Below are positions 18,171 through 27,430 of a stretch of 49,850 bases of DNA, one piece after another. The translations under genes and the position numbers were made by a program. This DNA is from a virus (taxonomy: Duplodnaviria; Caudoviricetes). Below the pieces are notes generated by a model. That model made no database searches. It was not told the origin of the DNA and saw nothing but the letters and a program-made list of their open reading frames with translations. Location of the stretch: the IMG/VR virus record IMGVR_UViG_3300048577_000528, positions 1 through 49,850 of that record; one strand, written 5' to 3'. The first letter of the stretch is position 1; each line of letters begins with the position of its first letter.

Positions 18171-19868
18171 ATGAGCGTTTTTAATTTTGATGCAATGTCA
18201 GCAATAGGTAAAGTTCAAAGTGTTGATACTGCTGTTGTTGTTGTGAAGGTTGAACAGACAAAATTGTTATCAAAACTACAAGTAAATCATCTAGTTGCAA
18301 TACGATCTTCGAAAACAGGACAAACTCTCATTGGAATGGTCGTTAAGATAATGAGAAAATATGGCGATGAAGCTGATATCGCTGAAGGAGAGGAAATTGC
18401 AACAACTGATATAGTTAAGGTATCACTTATCGGCACTTTACTTGATCGTGATGGTATAAGGCATGATGTTTTTAAACGGACATTAGAGTCTGTTCCAGAG
18501 ATCGATTCAGAATGCTTTATATTAGACGGCGAATACTTAACAGGATTCATGGCTGTTATATCGGGAGCTGGTTTTGTAGGAGAAAATCCGCTTCAAATAG
18601 GACGATATACACTTAATGAAGCAGCTTTGGCTTGGTTAGATGGAAATAAACTATTCCAACGACATGCCGTTATTGTAGGTAGTACGGGTTCTGGCAAGTC
18701 ATACACAGTTGCTACAATAATCGAACAAATCGCTTTTCTTAAATCATGTAATGCTATCGTATTTGACATACATGGTGAATATGCACCGTTAACAGGTGAA
18801 AGTATTAAGCATTATAAAATAGCAGGACCTTCTGACGAAGCTAGTGATGGAATTATGTTCTTACCTTATTGGCTTCTTAATTATGAAGAAATGCTTTCCT
18901 TAATGCTTGATCGAAGCGATAGTAATGCCCCTAACCAAGCGATGCTGTTTAGTCAGGCTGTAATAAATGCGAAACGTGCAAGCCTTATTAGTGCTGGTAA
19001 ATTAGAAATGGTGGCGTCTTTTACCCTTGATAGTCCCATACCGTATAAACTATCTGAAGTTGTATCTGAGTTATCTACAAAAAATACAGAGATGGTAACA
19101 AGTTCAAGAGGAGAAAGACAAGGGGATTACTTTGGAAAATTGTCGAGATTTATTCAAAGGCTTGAAGCAAAGAAATCCGATAAAAGGTTAAATTTTATGT
19201 TTTCAAACGATACTCACCTTCTCGAGTATCACTATATGCTTGAGCTTTGTAAAAAACTAATGAATCCGGCGAACAAAGCAGGCGGAGTTAAAGTTATCGA
19301 TTTTTCGGAAGTACCATCTGATATATTGCCACTAGTTGTATCCTTGATAGCGCGAATTATTTTCAGTGTGCAGCAGTGGGTACAAAAAGAAGTTATAAGT
19401 CCTATAGCAATTTTCTGTGATGAAGCGCATCTTTATATACCCGCAAATGCACAACAAGGAGTAGAAATATCGAGCCTTCAAAGTTTTGAACGTATCGCAA
19501 AAGAGGGTCGAAAGTATGGTATTGGGCTAATTGTCATATCTCAAAGACCCTCTGAAGTTAACCGAACTGTTCTAAGTCAAAGCAATAACTACATAGCGAT
19601 GAGATTAACTAATGCTGATGATCAAAACGTTATAAAAAAACTGCTACCCGATAGTATAGGAAATTTTGCGGAGCTCTTACCAATATTGGATGTAGGCGAA
19701 GCAATTATAGTAGGTGACGCATCATTATTACCAAGCAGGATTGTTGTAAAAGAACCCACCTGTAAACCAAACAGTGCAACTGTTAAGTTCTGGGATGAAT
19801 GGCGTAAAGACGATGCTTCCGAAGGTATTGAGGCTGCCCTGGAGGCTCTACGGAAACAATCAAGATAA
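18171..19868 (+). CDS. herA: HerA/FtsK-family ATPase, Sir2-HerA defence system
   Basis: N-terminal HAS barrel, Walker A GSTGSGKS, FDIHGEY, Walker B CDEAH, RIAKEGRKYG, SQRPSE; AGGAGG RBS 9 bp after the sir2 stop. Confidence 0.93.
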   Translation: MSVFNFDAMSAIGKVQSVDTAVVVVKVEQTKLLSKLQVNHLVAIRSSKTGQTLIGMVVKIMRKYGDEADIAEGEEIATTDIVKVSLIGTLLDRDGIRHDVFKRTLESVPEIDSECFILDGEYLTGFMAVISGAGFVGENPLQIGRYTLNEAALAWLDGNKLFQRHAVIVGSTGSGKSYTVATIIEQIAFLKSCNAIVFDIHGEYAPLTGESIKHYKIAGPSDEASDGIMFLPYWLLNYEEMLSLMLDRSDSNAPNQAMLFSQAVINAKRASLISAGKLEMVASFTLDSPIPYKLSEVVSELSTKNTEMVTSSRGERQGDYFGKLSRFIQRLEAKKSDKRLNFMFSNDTHLLEYHYMLELCKKLMNPANKAGGVKVIDFSEVPSDILPLVVSLIARIIFSVQQWVQKEVISPIAIFCDEAHLYIPANAQQGVEISSLQSFERIAKEGRKYGIGLIVISQRPSEVNRTVLSQSNNYIAMRLTNADDQNVIKKLLPDSIGNFAELLPILDVGEAIIVGDASLLPSRIVVKEPTCKPNSATVKFWDEWRKDDASEGIEAALEALRKQSR

Positions 19869-20095
19869 CATCACACTCAACCGTCATCTTCGCGGGGTGG
19901 TGTTTCTCAGCAAGCTGCGATTCGTTGATAATACTTGTAAACATTAATAAACATAAGATTGAAGAGAAAAGATAAAGCAAAACAAGAGATCTGCAATCAT
20001 TCAGTTGCTAGTCTCCTTGAAAACATTGTACTTGATAAATTTTAGCCCCGGTCTCAACATTTGAAACATCGAATAGTCAGATTTGAGGGATACCT

Positions 20096-21037
20096 GTGTA
20101 TGGTATTTATGACCACAAAGTATCGAACAAAGGGAAGATATTAATCCCTTCAAAACTCCGCGACGAAATAACGCAAGATAATAGCGGTGACCCACACATC
20201 ATTTTCCCTGTCGATGAATGCCTTACTGTATTCAATCCCGATCAAGGTAAAAAGCTATTAGGGGTATTAAATGATATTAATCTGTGGGATGATGAAATAG
20301 TATATTTGTTGAAAGATTTTCCGATGCATTTAACTTATCCGCATTATAAAGCAACCTCACTCGCCGAGAAATTAATCGAAATAAACAAGATAATTCAACA
20401 AGAAATCGATGTCGGATACAAAACGAATCACCCGATAACTGGAAAGGATTTTGAAAAGCTAGTACGCGACATTTTAGCTTTATATGGTTTTTCCGTACAG
20501 CTCAATGTGCATATTCTTGGGGCCGAGGTTGATTTGCTGATGACAGCATCGACTAGCGACGGTACCATTCAATATACGATTATTGAATGCAAGAATTACG
20601 AAATATCAAACAACAAGGTAGAAATCCGCCAAGTAATGAGCGTTTTTGGTTTAAATGAAGCATTAAAACAAACTGATTCACGTTTCTCACAAACAATGAT
20701 TATCAACACAACCGGGTTTACAAAAAATTCAGTGGGTTTTGCAAAATTATGCGGAATGAGTCTCTATGATTTCCAAGGCTTTCTGACGTGGATTAAGGGT
20801 CATAAAATCGACATGCAGAGGATATTGCCTCCGATATTCAAACCGATCATTTTGAATTCCAGACATGAGATTAAAATACCAAACGAACTGCGACACTTCT
20901 TACCTTCCCAAAATGTAACCTTAGTAGGTACTGGCAGCAGTTTTGAAATTTGGGATAAAGAAAAATGGACTGCTGAGGAAAGTAAAGCAATTACTCCTGA
21001 GGACCTCACAAGATTGTTTTTGGATTTAGGTATATAG
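20096..21037 (+). CDS. MraZ-like protein (two SpoVT-AbrB half-domains) with an inserted Mrr-type PD-(D/E)XK nuclease domain
   Basis: N-term GIYDHKVSNKGKILIPSKLRDE...DECLTVF and C-term LNSRHEIKIPNELR...VTLVGTGSSFEIWDKEKW...LGI match the MraZ halves; the middle GKDFEKLV...EVD...IIECK...TTGFT matches Mrr_cat. Confidence 0.8.
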   Translation: MYGIYDHKVSNKGKILIPSKLRDEITQDNSGDPHIIFPVDECLTVFNPDQGKKLLGVLNDINLWDDEIVYLLKDFPMHLTYPHYKATSLAEKLIEINKIIQQEIDVGYKTNHPITGKDFEKLVRDILALYGFSVQLNVHILGAEVDLLMTASTSDGTIQYTIIECKNYEISNNKVEIRQVMSVFGLNEALKQTDSRFSQTMIINTTGFTKNSVGFAKLCGMSLYDFQGFLTWIKGHKIDMQRILPPIFKPIILNSRHEIKIPNELRHFLPSQNVTLVGTGSSFEIWDKEKWTAEESKAITPEDLTRLFLDLGI

Positions 21038-21112
21038 CTGGAACGTAAATATCTAACCATCACCCCATCAAATTTTCTCCGTTTCAACGCATATTACTAC
21101 TTTTCCATCCCC

Positions 21113-21142
21113 TTGACAAATTTGTAACTATTTCTATATTAT
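21113..21142 (+). promoter_or_regulatory. Putative SigA promoter
   Basis: TTGACA-16 bp-TATATT. Confidence 0.55.
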
Positions 21143-21173
21143 GGGTTTGCAATATTTAGAGGGAGAGATAGAA

Positions 21174-21845
21174 ATGAGATTAAAGCAAGCAAAAGGGTTT
21201 ATCTTGGGGCTTGTTACGGCAACGATGATCTTTGCATTATCATTTACAGCGCTGGGTGTCTCCACTATAAAAACCTTGAAGGTCGAATACGGAGGCATAT
21301 CTATTTATGTTGATGGCACAAAGATTAATCCAAAAGATGCAAACGGAAATGCTGTTGAACCTTTCATATATAACGGCACGACTTATCTTCCCGCACGAGC
21401 CATTGCCGATGCATTGAATAACGATATTAAATGGGATGAATCAACGAAAACCGTTCATATTACGTCCAAGGTCGGGTCCTCTTCTACGTTTCCTATTGGG
21501 GGCTCAAGCATTACCTCGTCTATTTCGTTTCCTCTGCATTTATACTCTAATGACGTAAAAACCTATCTTGGCAAGCTGGTTACAGACGAATACGACTTAG
21601 ATAGTATTTATAATAAATATGGCGATTATGGTAACGAGTATAACCTCGATTCTATTTGGAACGAGTATGGCACATACGGCAGCGCTTATTCTAATGAAAG
21701 TGCCTTTAACAAGTACGCCAACAAACCGCCAAAAATAATCGATAACAAAGGTAAGCTTGTTGGTTACTTAACTGCGAACACCACTATTGACAAAGGGTAT
21801 ACCATCACAGAATTACGCCAGTTCCTAGAAGATAATTACCAATAA
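21174..21845 (+). CDS. Secreted protein with copper-amine-oxidase N-terminal (stalk) domain and a Tyr/Asn-rich repeat domain
   Basis: Signal/TM helix; PKDANGNAVEPFIYNGTTYLPARAIADAL...WDESTKTVHI stalk motif; three ~16 aa SI.N.YG.YG repeats. Confidence 0.8.
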   Translation: MRLKQAKGFILGLVTATMIFALSFTALGVSTIKTLKVEYGGISIYVDGTKINPKDANGNAVEPFIYNGTTYLPARAIADALNNDIKWDESTKTVHITSKVGSSSTFPIGGSSITSSISFPLHLYSNDVKTYLGKLVTDEYDLDSIYNKYGDYGNEYNLDSIWNEYGTYGSAYSNESAFNKYANKPPKIIDNKGKLVGYLTANTTIDKGYTITELRQFLEDNYQ

Positions 21846-21878
21846 ACTGTATTCATGCCTAGTTGCCTGCCTTTCCTA

Positions 21879-23627
21879 CTACCCCACCAGCTTCAGATAC
21901 TCCGTTTTAAACTGCTGATAGACGGCTTCGCAACCGATCATGGTTACGCCGCCGTCTATTTTCTTATCCGGCTTGCCTTGCACCTTGATCGGCATCATCA
22001 GCAGGCGCTTGTCGATGTCGAAGGCCAGGTTCTGCAGGCACCAGACATCCATCTCATTGTTGTTGTAGACGATCAGCTTTGCCCGGAGGTCCGCTTCCAG
22101 CAGCGACATCGGTTCGGACAGGACCTCACGCTTCTGGGCGACCCGTATCAGGGTGTCGTCCGGGAAGATATCTTCCATTTCCTTGACCCAGTATTTCGCC
22201 AGCGCGGTGTCATAACCGATCTTGTACGGCCGGATGCCATACTCCTTAACGCACTTCACAAACCAGGCTGTAACCAGCGCGAAATCATTGTCGTTCCCTG
22301 GGCTGACGGTGAGCAGCCCTTTTTCGCGCCACTCTTTATAATCCTTGCCGTCGTCCTTGACCTCCAGCTTAGCTTCAGGGATGAAGTAATGCTGCAGCAT
22401 ATATTTCTTTTTCTCACCCGGCCGCATCACCATCATTCTGGCCGATACCAGGTCGGTGGTCTGGGCCAGGTCGACAAAGCCGATGCCGACGCAGCTGCGC
22501 AGGTCCTCCACCTTGAAGGTCTCCTCGTTGGTGATGACCTCAAGTGACAGCCACGCGGCGGCGTTGTTCTGCTTGATGTTGAAATCCTTGGCCAGGACGA
22601 ATGCTCTGGTCTTCATATTGGTCTTGGATTCCTCCACCATCTGGCGAAGGAATGACCATTTTTTTATGACGCCAAGACCGGGGTTGGACTTAACCCAGCT
22701 GCTCTCGTCCTGCCATATTTCCGTCTCGGAATCTTGGGTGTACAGCCAGATGCGCCAGCGCGGCCGCTCCAGTTCACCGGCCAACACCTGCCGGGCCTCC
22801 TTCATACGGTCGTCCAGGTATCCGTCGTTGACAAAGCCCTCGGTGGTGATTTCGGCGTACAGCGGCTCGTCCTGGGTGGACAGCGCCTGCCGAATCGGCA
22901 TGACCGGTCCGTTATCCTTCATCTCGTGGACCTCGTCCACGGAACCCTTGATGATGTTGCGGCCTTCCTTGGCTTTCGTCCGGGAGGACATCTTCCGGAT
23001 GCTGCCACGGTTCTGCCGGCTGAACTTGCCCTTCTTCTTTTTTTGCTGCGGGTGGCCGAAGAAGATGCCGCGAATATTCTTCCGGGTGACCTTCTCCAGA
23101 GAAGGGCTTTCCTCCCGCATGGCGTCCACCGCTTGGAACATGAGGTCGGCTTGGTCGTAGTCGTTGGATGCCAGCAGGATCTTTGCGCCCATCGGCCCGC
23201 AGAAGAACTCCGCCAGATCCATAGCCGATTCAAAAGGCGTCTTCCCGTTTTTGCGCCCGACAACCAGCAGGTATTCCTGAATGAGGCGGACCCAGCGGTC
23301 AACCTCGGCATCAAAAATATAAAAGGCGTATACCGCTTCGATAAACGCCTTCTGGAACAGCATTAAAATAAACGGCTTTCCCGCGAAGGGCGCCTCATAG
23401 TGCTTGCATTTTTCTTCAATGAATTTGATCCGCTTTTGCGGTTCTTTCAGGTCAAATCGAAGATCCGGATTTTCCAGGTCCTGCAGGATGCGGTCAAATT
23501 CTTGGTGCAGCTCATGCCCGACCGTGATTTCGCCGCGCCTGCACTTGCCGATGTACTCCAGCAGCCAGGAATGCTGCCACACGGCGCCGAGCACCTCGCA
23601 GTAAGCGCCGGTTTTCAGGTCGATCAT
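21879..23627 (-). CDS. terL: Terminase large subunit
   Basis: Walker A VGRKNGKT, Walker B VDEVHE, ITTEG, nuclease DLAQTTDL and KIDG. Confidence 0.95.
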   Translation of the reverse strand: MIDLKTGAYCEVLGAVWQHSWLLEYIGKCRRGEITVGHELHQEFDRILQDLENPDLRFDLKEPQKRIKFIEEKCKHYEAPFAGKPFILMLFQKAFIEAVYAFYIFDAEVDRWVRLIQEYLLVVGRKNGKTPFESAMDLAEFFCGPMGAKILLASNDYDQADLMFQAVDAMREESPSLEKVTRKNIRGIFFGHPQQKKKKGKFSRQNRGSIRKMSSRTKAKEGRNIIKGSVDEVHEMKDNGPVMPIRQALSTQDEPLYAEITTEGFVNDGYLDDRMKEARQVLAGELERPRWRIWLYTQDSETEIWQDESSWVKSNPGLGVIKKWSFLRQMVEESKTNMKTRAFVLAKDFNIKQNNAAAWLSLEVITNEETFKVEDLRSCVGIGFVDLAQTTDLVSARMMVMRPGEKKKYMLQHYFIPEAKLEVKDDGKDYKEWREKGLLTVSPGNDNDFALVTAWFVKCVKEYGIRPYKIGYDTALAKYWVKEMEDIFPDDTLIRVAQKREVLSEPMSLLEADLRAKLIVYNNNEMDVWCLQNLAFDIDKRLLMMPIKVQGKPDKKIDGGVTMIGCEAVYQQFKTEYLKLVG

Positions 23628-23983
23628 TATTCAAATTCCTCAAGGTCGTCGTCTTGTTCAAGCAGGTTTTTGCTGAGGATGCTGTTGAGGGCCTTGATGA
23701 TAACGGCATAAGAATTGGAGTTCTTAAGAAACTGCGTCGCCGCCGGCACCGTCTTCTGCAAGCTGTTATCCTTCGGGTGCACCTTGACGGACCCCGTCTG
23801 CCCGATCAGCTGCCGCAGCGCCCAGTTCTCAGAATAAAGGAAAGACGCGTCGGTGATCAGTCCCTCGACAAGCCGCCGCTTCGGTTCCTCGATATCCTTG
23901 AATATCTCGGTCAGCTTCGCGTGTTCTGCTTCGAATACGGATTCTTTCGTCACCATTGCCGCCTTCTGCTCGTTTCTGGCCAT
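23627..23983 (-). CDS. terS: Terminase small subunit (P27-like)
   Basis: Coupled directly to terL; helical 118 aa with QK..PA...Y...IK.L and an acidic tail. Confidence 0.7.
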   Translation of the reverse strand: MARNEQKAAMVTKESVFEAEHAKLTEIFKDIEEPKRRLVEGLITDASFLYSENWALRQLIGQTGSVKVHPKDNSLQKTVPAATQFLKNSNSYAVIIKALNSILSKNLLEQDDDLEEFE

Positions 23984-23989
23984 AATTCC

Positions 23990-24130
23990 CGCGCCCTTCC
24001 AACCGGACCCCTATAAAATTAGGTCTTTCTGATTTTCTGGCCGAATTCAAAATTTTGCCCCGTGTGCTCTTCTTATGACTGCTATGCGGTCTTGGCACAC
24101 CTCGGTCGAATTCGGACCCGGGGGGCCTAT
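23990..24130 (-). other. Candidate cos/packaging region
   Basis: Non-coding gap between HNH and terS, starting with CCCCCGGG and containing GGGCAAAATTTT; position typical of HK97-like cos phages (inference only). Confidence 0.3.
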
Positions 24131-24810
24131 GCGACGTACCGGTCAAACCATTTGTCGATGTAACCGCGATATTCATCCTTCCTATACCGCAGCGCCTCGT
24201 TGATTTCAAGCCGCCGCAGGCATTCTTCGCGGCTGACGTCGCAGAAGATCAGCTCTGCATTCAGGTCACTGGCCAGCTGCTCACGCTTAAAACGATCCTC
24301 ATAACCGCCGATGATCCAGGCGCTGTTCCACTTGCCGTACCTGGTCTTTATATTATCAAGCAGCTTGTCCCGGACGCCCAGCACATTGCTCAGCAGCTCG
24401 TTCGGCTTATCAAACTCCGGCTGCAACGACACTGCCGCATATATCTCATCCATATCTACTACCAGATCACCGCGCATCATCCGCTCCCGGACAAACGTGG
24501 TCTTGCCGGCCAGCGGTGGACCGTAGACAATATAAATGCCGCGTTCAGCTGTATGGCCGAAGCGGTGATGGATCTCATTATGGCAGTCATAACAGACGAT
24601 CAGCACGTTTTGCGGATTCAAGCTGATCATCGGATCATTAACGTTTTCCGGTGTCAACTCGGTGATATGATGGCCGATGCAATCCAGCGGATTTGTTATC
24701 ACCCTGCCGCACTTCTGGCATACCGGACCACGCTCGGCAATAAGTCCAAGCCGAAACCTTATCCAGCGTTCTGACGCCAGGAAGGTCTTAATCAAAGAAT
24801 ACTTTGCCAT
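24127..24810 (-). CDS. Packaging-associated HNH endonuclease fused to a P-loop kinase/AAA domain
   Basis: CQKCG...GHHI...N...VCYDCHNEIH, then YGPPLAGKTT and VVDMD. Confidence 0.88.
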   Translation of the reverse strand: MAKYSLIKTFLASERWIRFRLGLIAERGPVCQKCGRVITNPLDCIGHHITELTPENVNDPMISLNPQNVLIVCYDCHNEIHHRFGHTAERGIYIVYGPPLAGKTTFVRERMMRGDLVVDMDEIYAAVSLQPEFDKPNELLSNVLGVRDKLLDNIKTRYGKWNSAWIIGGYEDRFKREQLASDLNAELIFCDVSREECLRRLEINEALRYRKDEYRGYIDKWFDRYVA

Positions 24811-24819
24811 GGCAACCCC

Positions 24820-25173
24820 TTACCAATTGTTCTTTTCCGAATCCTTGGTATGCTTGAATTTATCCTTCGCCAGCCTCAGCTTCTCCTCGCCCAGATCAGC
24901 ATCGCGCTGCCGAAGGTATTGCTTTCCGAGCCATATGGCCATGGCCGCGCTGGTCTCCGAAAGCTTGAATTGATTCCTCCGCAGACTGATTCTGCCCTTG
25001 GCTGAGTGCTTTTTATATACACCGCAAAACGTATCGCCATACTCAGCCTTGCACCAGCGCTCTATGGTGTCTTCAGAGCAGCTGAACCACCCGGCGATCT
25101 CATCTTTTGTGCATAACATGGCACACAGCTTTTCGAATTCCGTCTTGTTTATCTCTATTCTCGGCCGTGCCAT
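24820..25173 (-). CDS. HTH DNA-binding phage protein (terS-like)
   Basis: MARPRIEI, FEKLC...CTKDEIAGWF.CSEDTIERWCK and MAIWLGKQYL motifs. Confidence 0.75.
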   Translation of the reverse strand: MARPRIEINKTEFEKLCAMLCTKDEIAGWFSCSEDTIERWCKAEYGDTFCGVYKKHSAKGRISLRRNQFKLSETSAAMAIWLGKQYLRQRDADLGEEKLRLAKDKFKHTKDSEKNNW

Positions 25174-25184
25174 GTTCCACCTCG

Positions 25185-26435
25185 CTATGAACGCGCCAAA
25201 ACCGCCTTCTTGCCGGTAAATGCTTCCCAACGGTTTATAATCACATCGACATACCGAGGATCATATTCCATCATGTAGCACAACCGGCCCATCTGTTCAC
25301 AGGCGATCAGTGTTGAACCACTACCCCCAAAACCGTCGAATACAATGTCTTCCTGCTTACTGCTGTTATGTATAAACTGAGCCAGAAGCCGTATCGGCTT
25401 CATCGTCGGATGTAGATCGTTGACCAAATTCTTATCGCACCGCAAAATGTCCGGCGCCAGATCATTAAGAATCGTCTTTGCCAGGTCGCGCAGCTCGTCT
25501 TCGCTCATCAGATCGATGCTCTCAATAACGCTGCGCTCCTTACGCCCAGCGTACCAGAATTTCACGCTGTCACCCTTGCATCCGAACAAACACGGCTCAT
25601 GTAGGTTCTGGTACTTATTGCCGCCCAGGACAATTTGATTCTTGACCCAGATCAAGACCTGTTTAAACGTCAGCCCAGCCGGCACCAGCGCATTGATAAA
25701 AACACCGTTCCCGAGCTCCTTGTAGAAAATATAAAAGCTGCCGCCGTCTTTCAAGATGGCGGCGACATTCATATTGAAGTCCAGTAGGAACTGAGCGAAA
25801 GCATCCTCCGGTAGATTGTCATTGAGGATTTTATTGCGCTGCCGCTTGCCTTTCGGTGTTTTACCAGCGCCCTCATACTTCATGTTGTACGGAGGATCCG
25901 TGCAAACCATATCAGCCAGGGCACCGTCCATCAATACTTGAATATCATCAGCAGACAGGCTGTCACCGCACATAACGCGATGCCGCCCAAGCAAATAAAC
26001 GTCGCCCGTCTTTGCTTTGGGTGCCTCAGGTAATTCGATGTTAAAATCATCCTCGACAATTTCCGGAGCTTCGCTCAAATCGGTAAACCCGAAGGACGAC
26101 ATGTCTAAATTGATTCCGGCCAGTTCGGTGGTCAGCTTGTCCATATCCCACGTAGAAAGCTCCGCCGTCTTATTATCCGCCAGCCGGAAAGCCTTGATCT
26201 GATCGTCCGTCAGGTCGTCGGCTCTGACGCAAGGCGCCTCCTGCAGCTTCAGCTTCCGCGCCGCTATGAGGCGCGTGTGCCCGGCGACGATCACGTTGTT
26301 GCTGTCAATAATAATCGGCACCTTGAAGCCGAATTCCCGGATGCTCGCCGCAACGGCATCGACCGCGCTGGCATTCTTCCTGGGATTGTTGGCGTATGGG
26401 ATAAGCTCCGATATCGGCATGTTGATAATCTGCAT
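25185..26435 (-). CDS. ParB-N domain fused to an N6/N4 DNA methyltransferase (beta class)
   Basis: PYANNPR, VAGHTR and FRLADNK (ParB); TDPPY, HPTMKP and FDGFGGSGST (MTase). Confidence 0.92.
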   Translation of the reverse strand: MQIINMPISELIPYANNPRKNASAVDAVAASIREFGFKVPIIIDSNNVIVAGHTRLIAARKLKLQEAPCVRADDLTDDQIKAFRLADNKTAELSTWDMDKLTTELAGINLDMSSFGFTDLSEAPEIVEDDFNIELPEAPKAKTGDVYLLGRHRVMCGDSLSADDIQVLMDGALADMVCTDPPYNMKYEGAGKTPKGKRQRNKILNDNLPEDAFAQFLLDFNMNVAAILKDGGSFYIFYKELGNGVFINALVPAGLTFKQVLIWVKNQIVLGGNKYQNLHEPCLFGCKGDSVKFWYAGRKERSVIESIDLMSEDELRDLAKTILNDLAPDILRCDKNLVNDLHPTMKPIRLLAQFIHNSSKQEDIVFDGFGGSGSTLIACEQMGRLCYMMEYDPRYVDVIINRWEAFTGKKAVLARS

Positions 26436-26439
26436 ATGT

Positions 26440-26775
26440 TCACCATGATTTCGTGTTCGGATGGATCTCTTTTAACTCAAAATACAGCTTCATCGCGGCC
26501 ACGCTGCCGCGCTTGCACTGGCTGATGAGTGACTTCCAGACCTCGGGTAGCTCAGCATCGGTATACATAGAAACCTTACTGTTCATGTAGTTGACAAACC
26601 GCTCATCCTGCATCCACATCCAAAGGGTTTTCATCGTAATGCCGGTTTCCTTGCATTTCTCAGTTTTCGTCCGACGATCCTCAGGATTTATCAGCAATTG
26701 AACGATTTTCATCTGCTTCGGGTTCGGTTGCCATGCTTTACCTTTTGTTACCTGGTTCGCGCCCACCTTCTCCAC
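26440..26775 (-). CDS. phBC6A51-like HTH protein
   Basis: GITMKTLWMWMQDERF and RGSVAAMKLYFEL motifs. Confidence 0.7.
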   Translation of the reverse strand: MEKVGANQVTKGKAWQPNPKQMKIVQLLINPEDRRTKTEKCKETGITMKTLWMWMQDERFVNYMNSKVSMYTDAELPEVWKSLISQCKRGSVAAMKLYFELKEIHPNTKSW

Positions 26776-26784
26776 CAGCCAATG

Positions 26785-27339
26785 TTAAACGAGTATATCC
26801 GGAACTTCTTTTTCAAACCAGTTCCAGTCAATACCGAATCGTTGTAATATGTCCCCAAAATCCTGCACATCGTGATATTCGATCCGCAGGCCCCGCTCGC
26901 CTATGCCGATATGCTTCAGCTCATGAAGCATTAATATTTTGCGCTGATTCTCCGAAAGCAGAATAACGTGCGGTTCGTAAAATGTGATTATGAAATCATA
27001 AGGCAAATAAGCGCCGTATACCTTGTTGATCCTGCGGCAGTCGCCGTAAACCAGCTTGGACTTGTCCTGCTTCTTTTCAAAGGACCGGACATAGCCGACC
27101 TTTATCTCAAACTCTGGAATGATGCTGAGCTCCGGCATCTTCTCAATGATCTTTTCGGCAAGCTCCCGTAAATCGTCGGCGACTTCGGCGTCCCTGATCC
27201 CAAGCTGCTGACGGAGATGCCGGATGATATCAACCCGCTCTTCGTTTCGGAGACTGTTATACATGAGCTGCAGTTCTTCCAGCGCGGCACACCAACCTTC
27301 GCACTCAACGCTGCAGCTTGCGCATACATTGTTTTTCAT
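26785..27339 (-). CDS. Putative phage metallopeptidase
   Basis: YDFIITFY, LMLHELKHI (HEXXH) and HDVQDF motifs. Confidence 0.75.
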   Translation of the reverse strand: MKNNVCASCSVECEGWCAALEELQLMYNSLRNEERVDIIRHLRQQLGIRDAEVADDLRELAEKIIEKMPELSIIPEFEIKVGYVRSFEKKQDKSKLVYGDCRRINKVYGAYLPYDFIITFYEPHVILLSENQRKILMLHELKHIGIGERGLRIEYHDVQDFGDILQRFGIDWNWFEKEVPDILV

Positions 27340-27430
27340 AACATTCCTGTGTATTACCTTTTTGTTACTAATCAGTTGTATAATGTCTTCTGTTCTGATA
27401 CATTTAGGATGACGAAAGCGAGGGGTTGAG

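Noticed and set aside
19869-20095. MraZ-box (GTGG-type, 10-bp-spaced direct repeats) upstream of the MraZ-nuclease gene
   Set aside because: Only a single GGGGTGGTG was found, with no phased array, so autoregulation is unsupported
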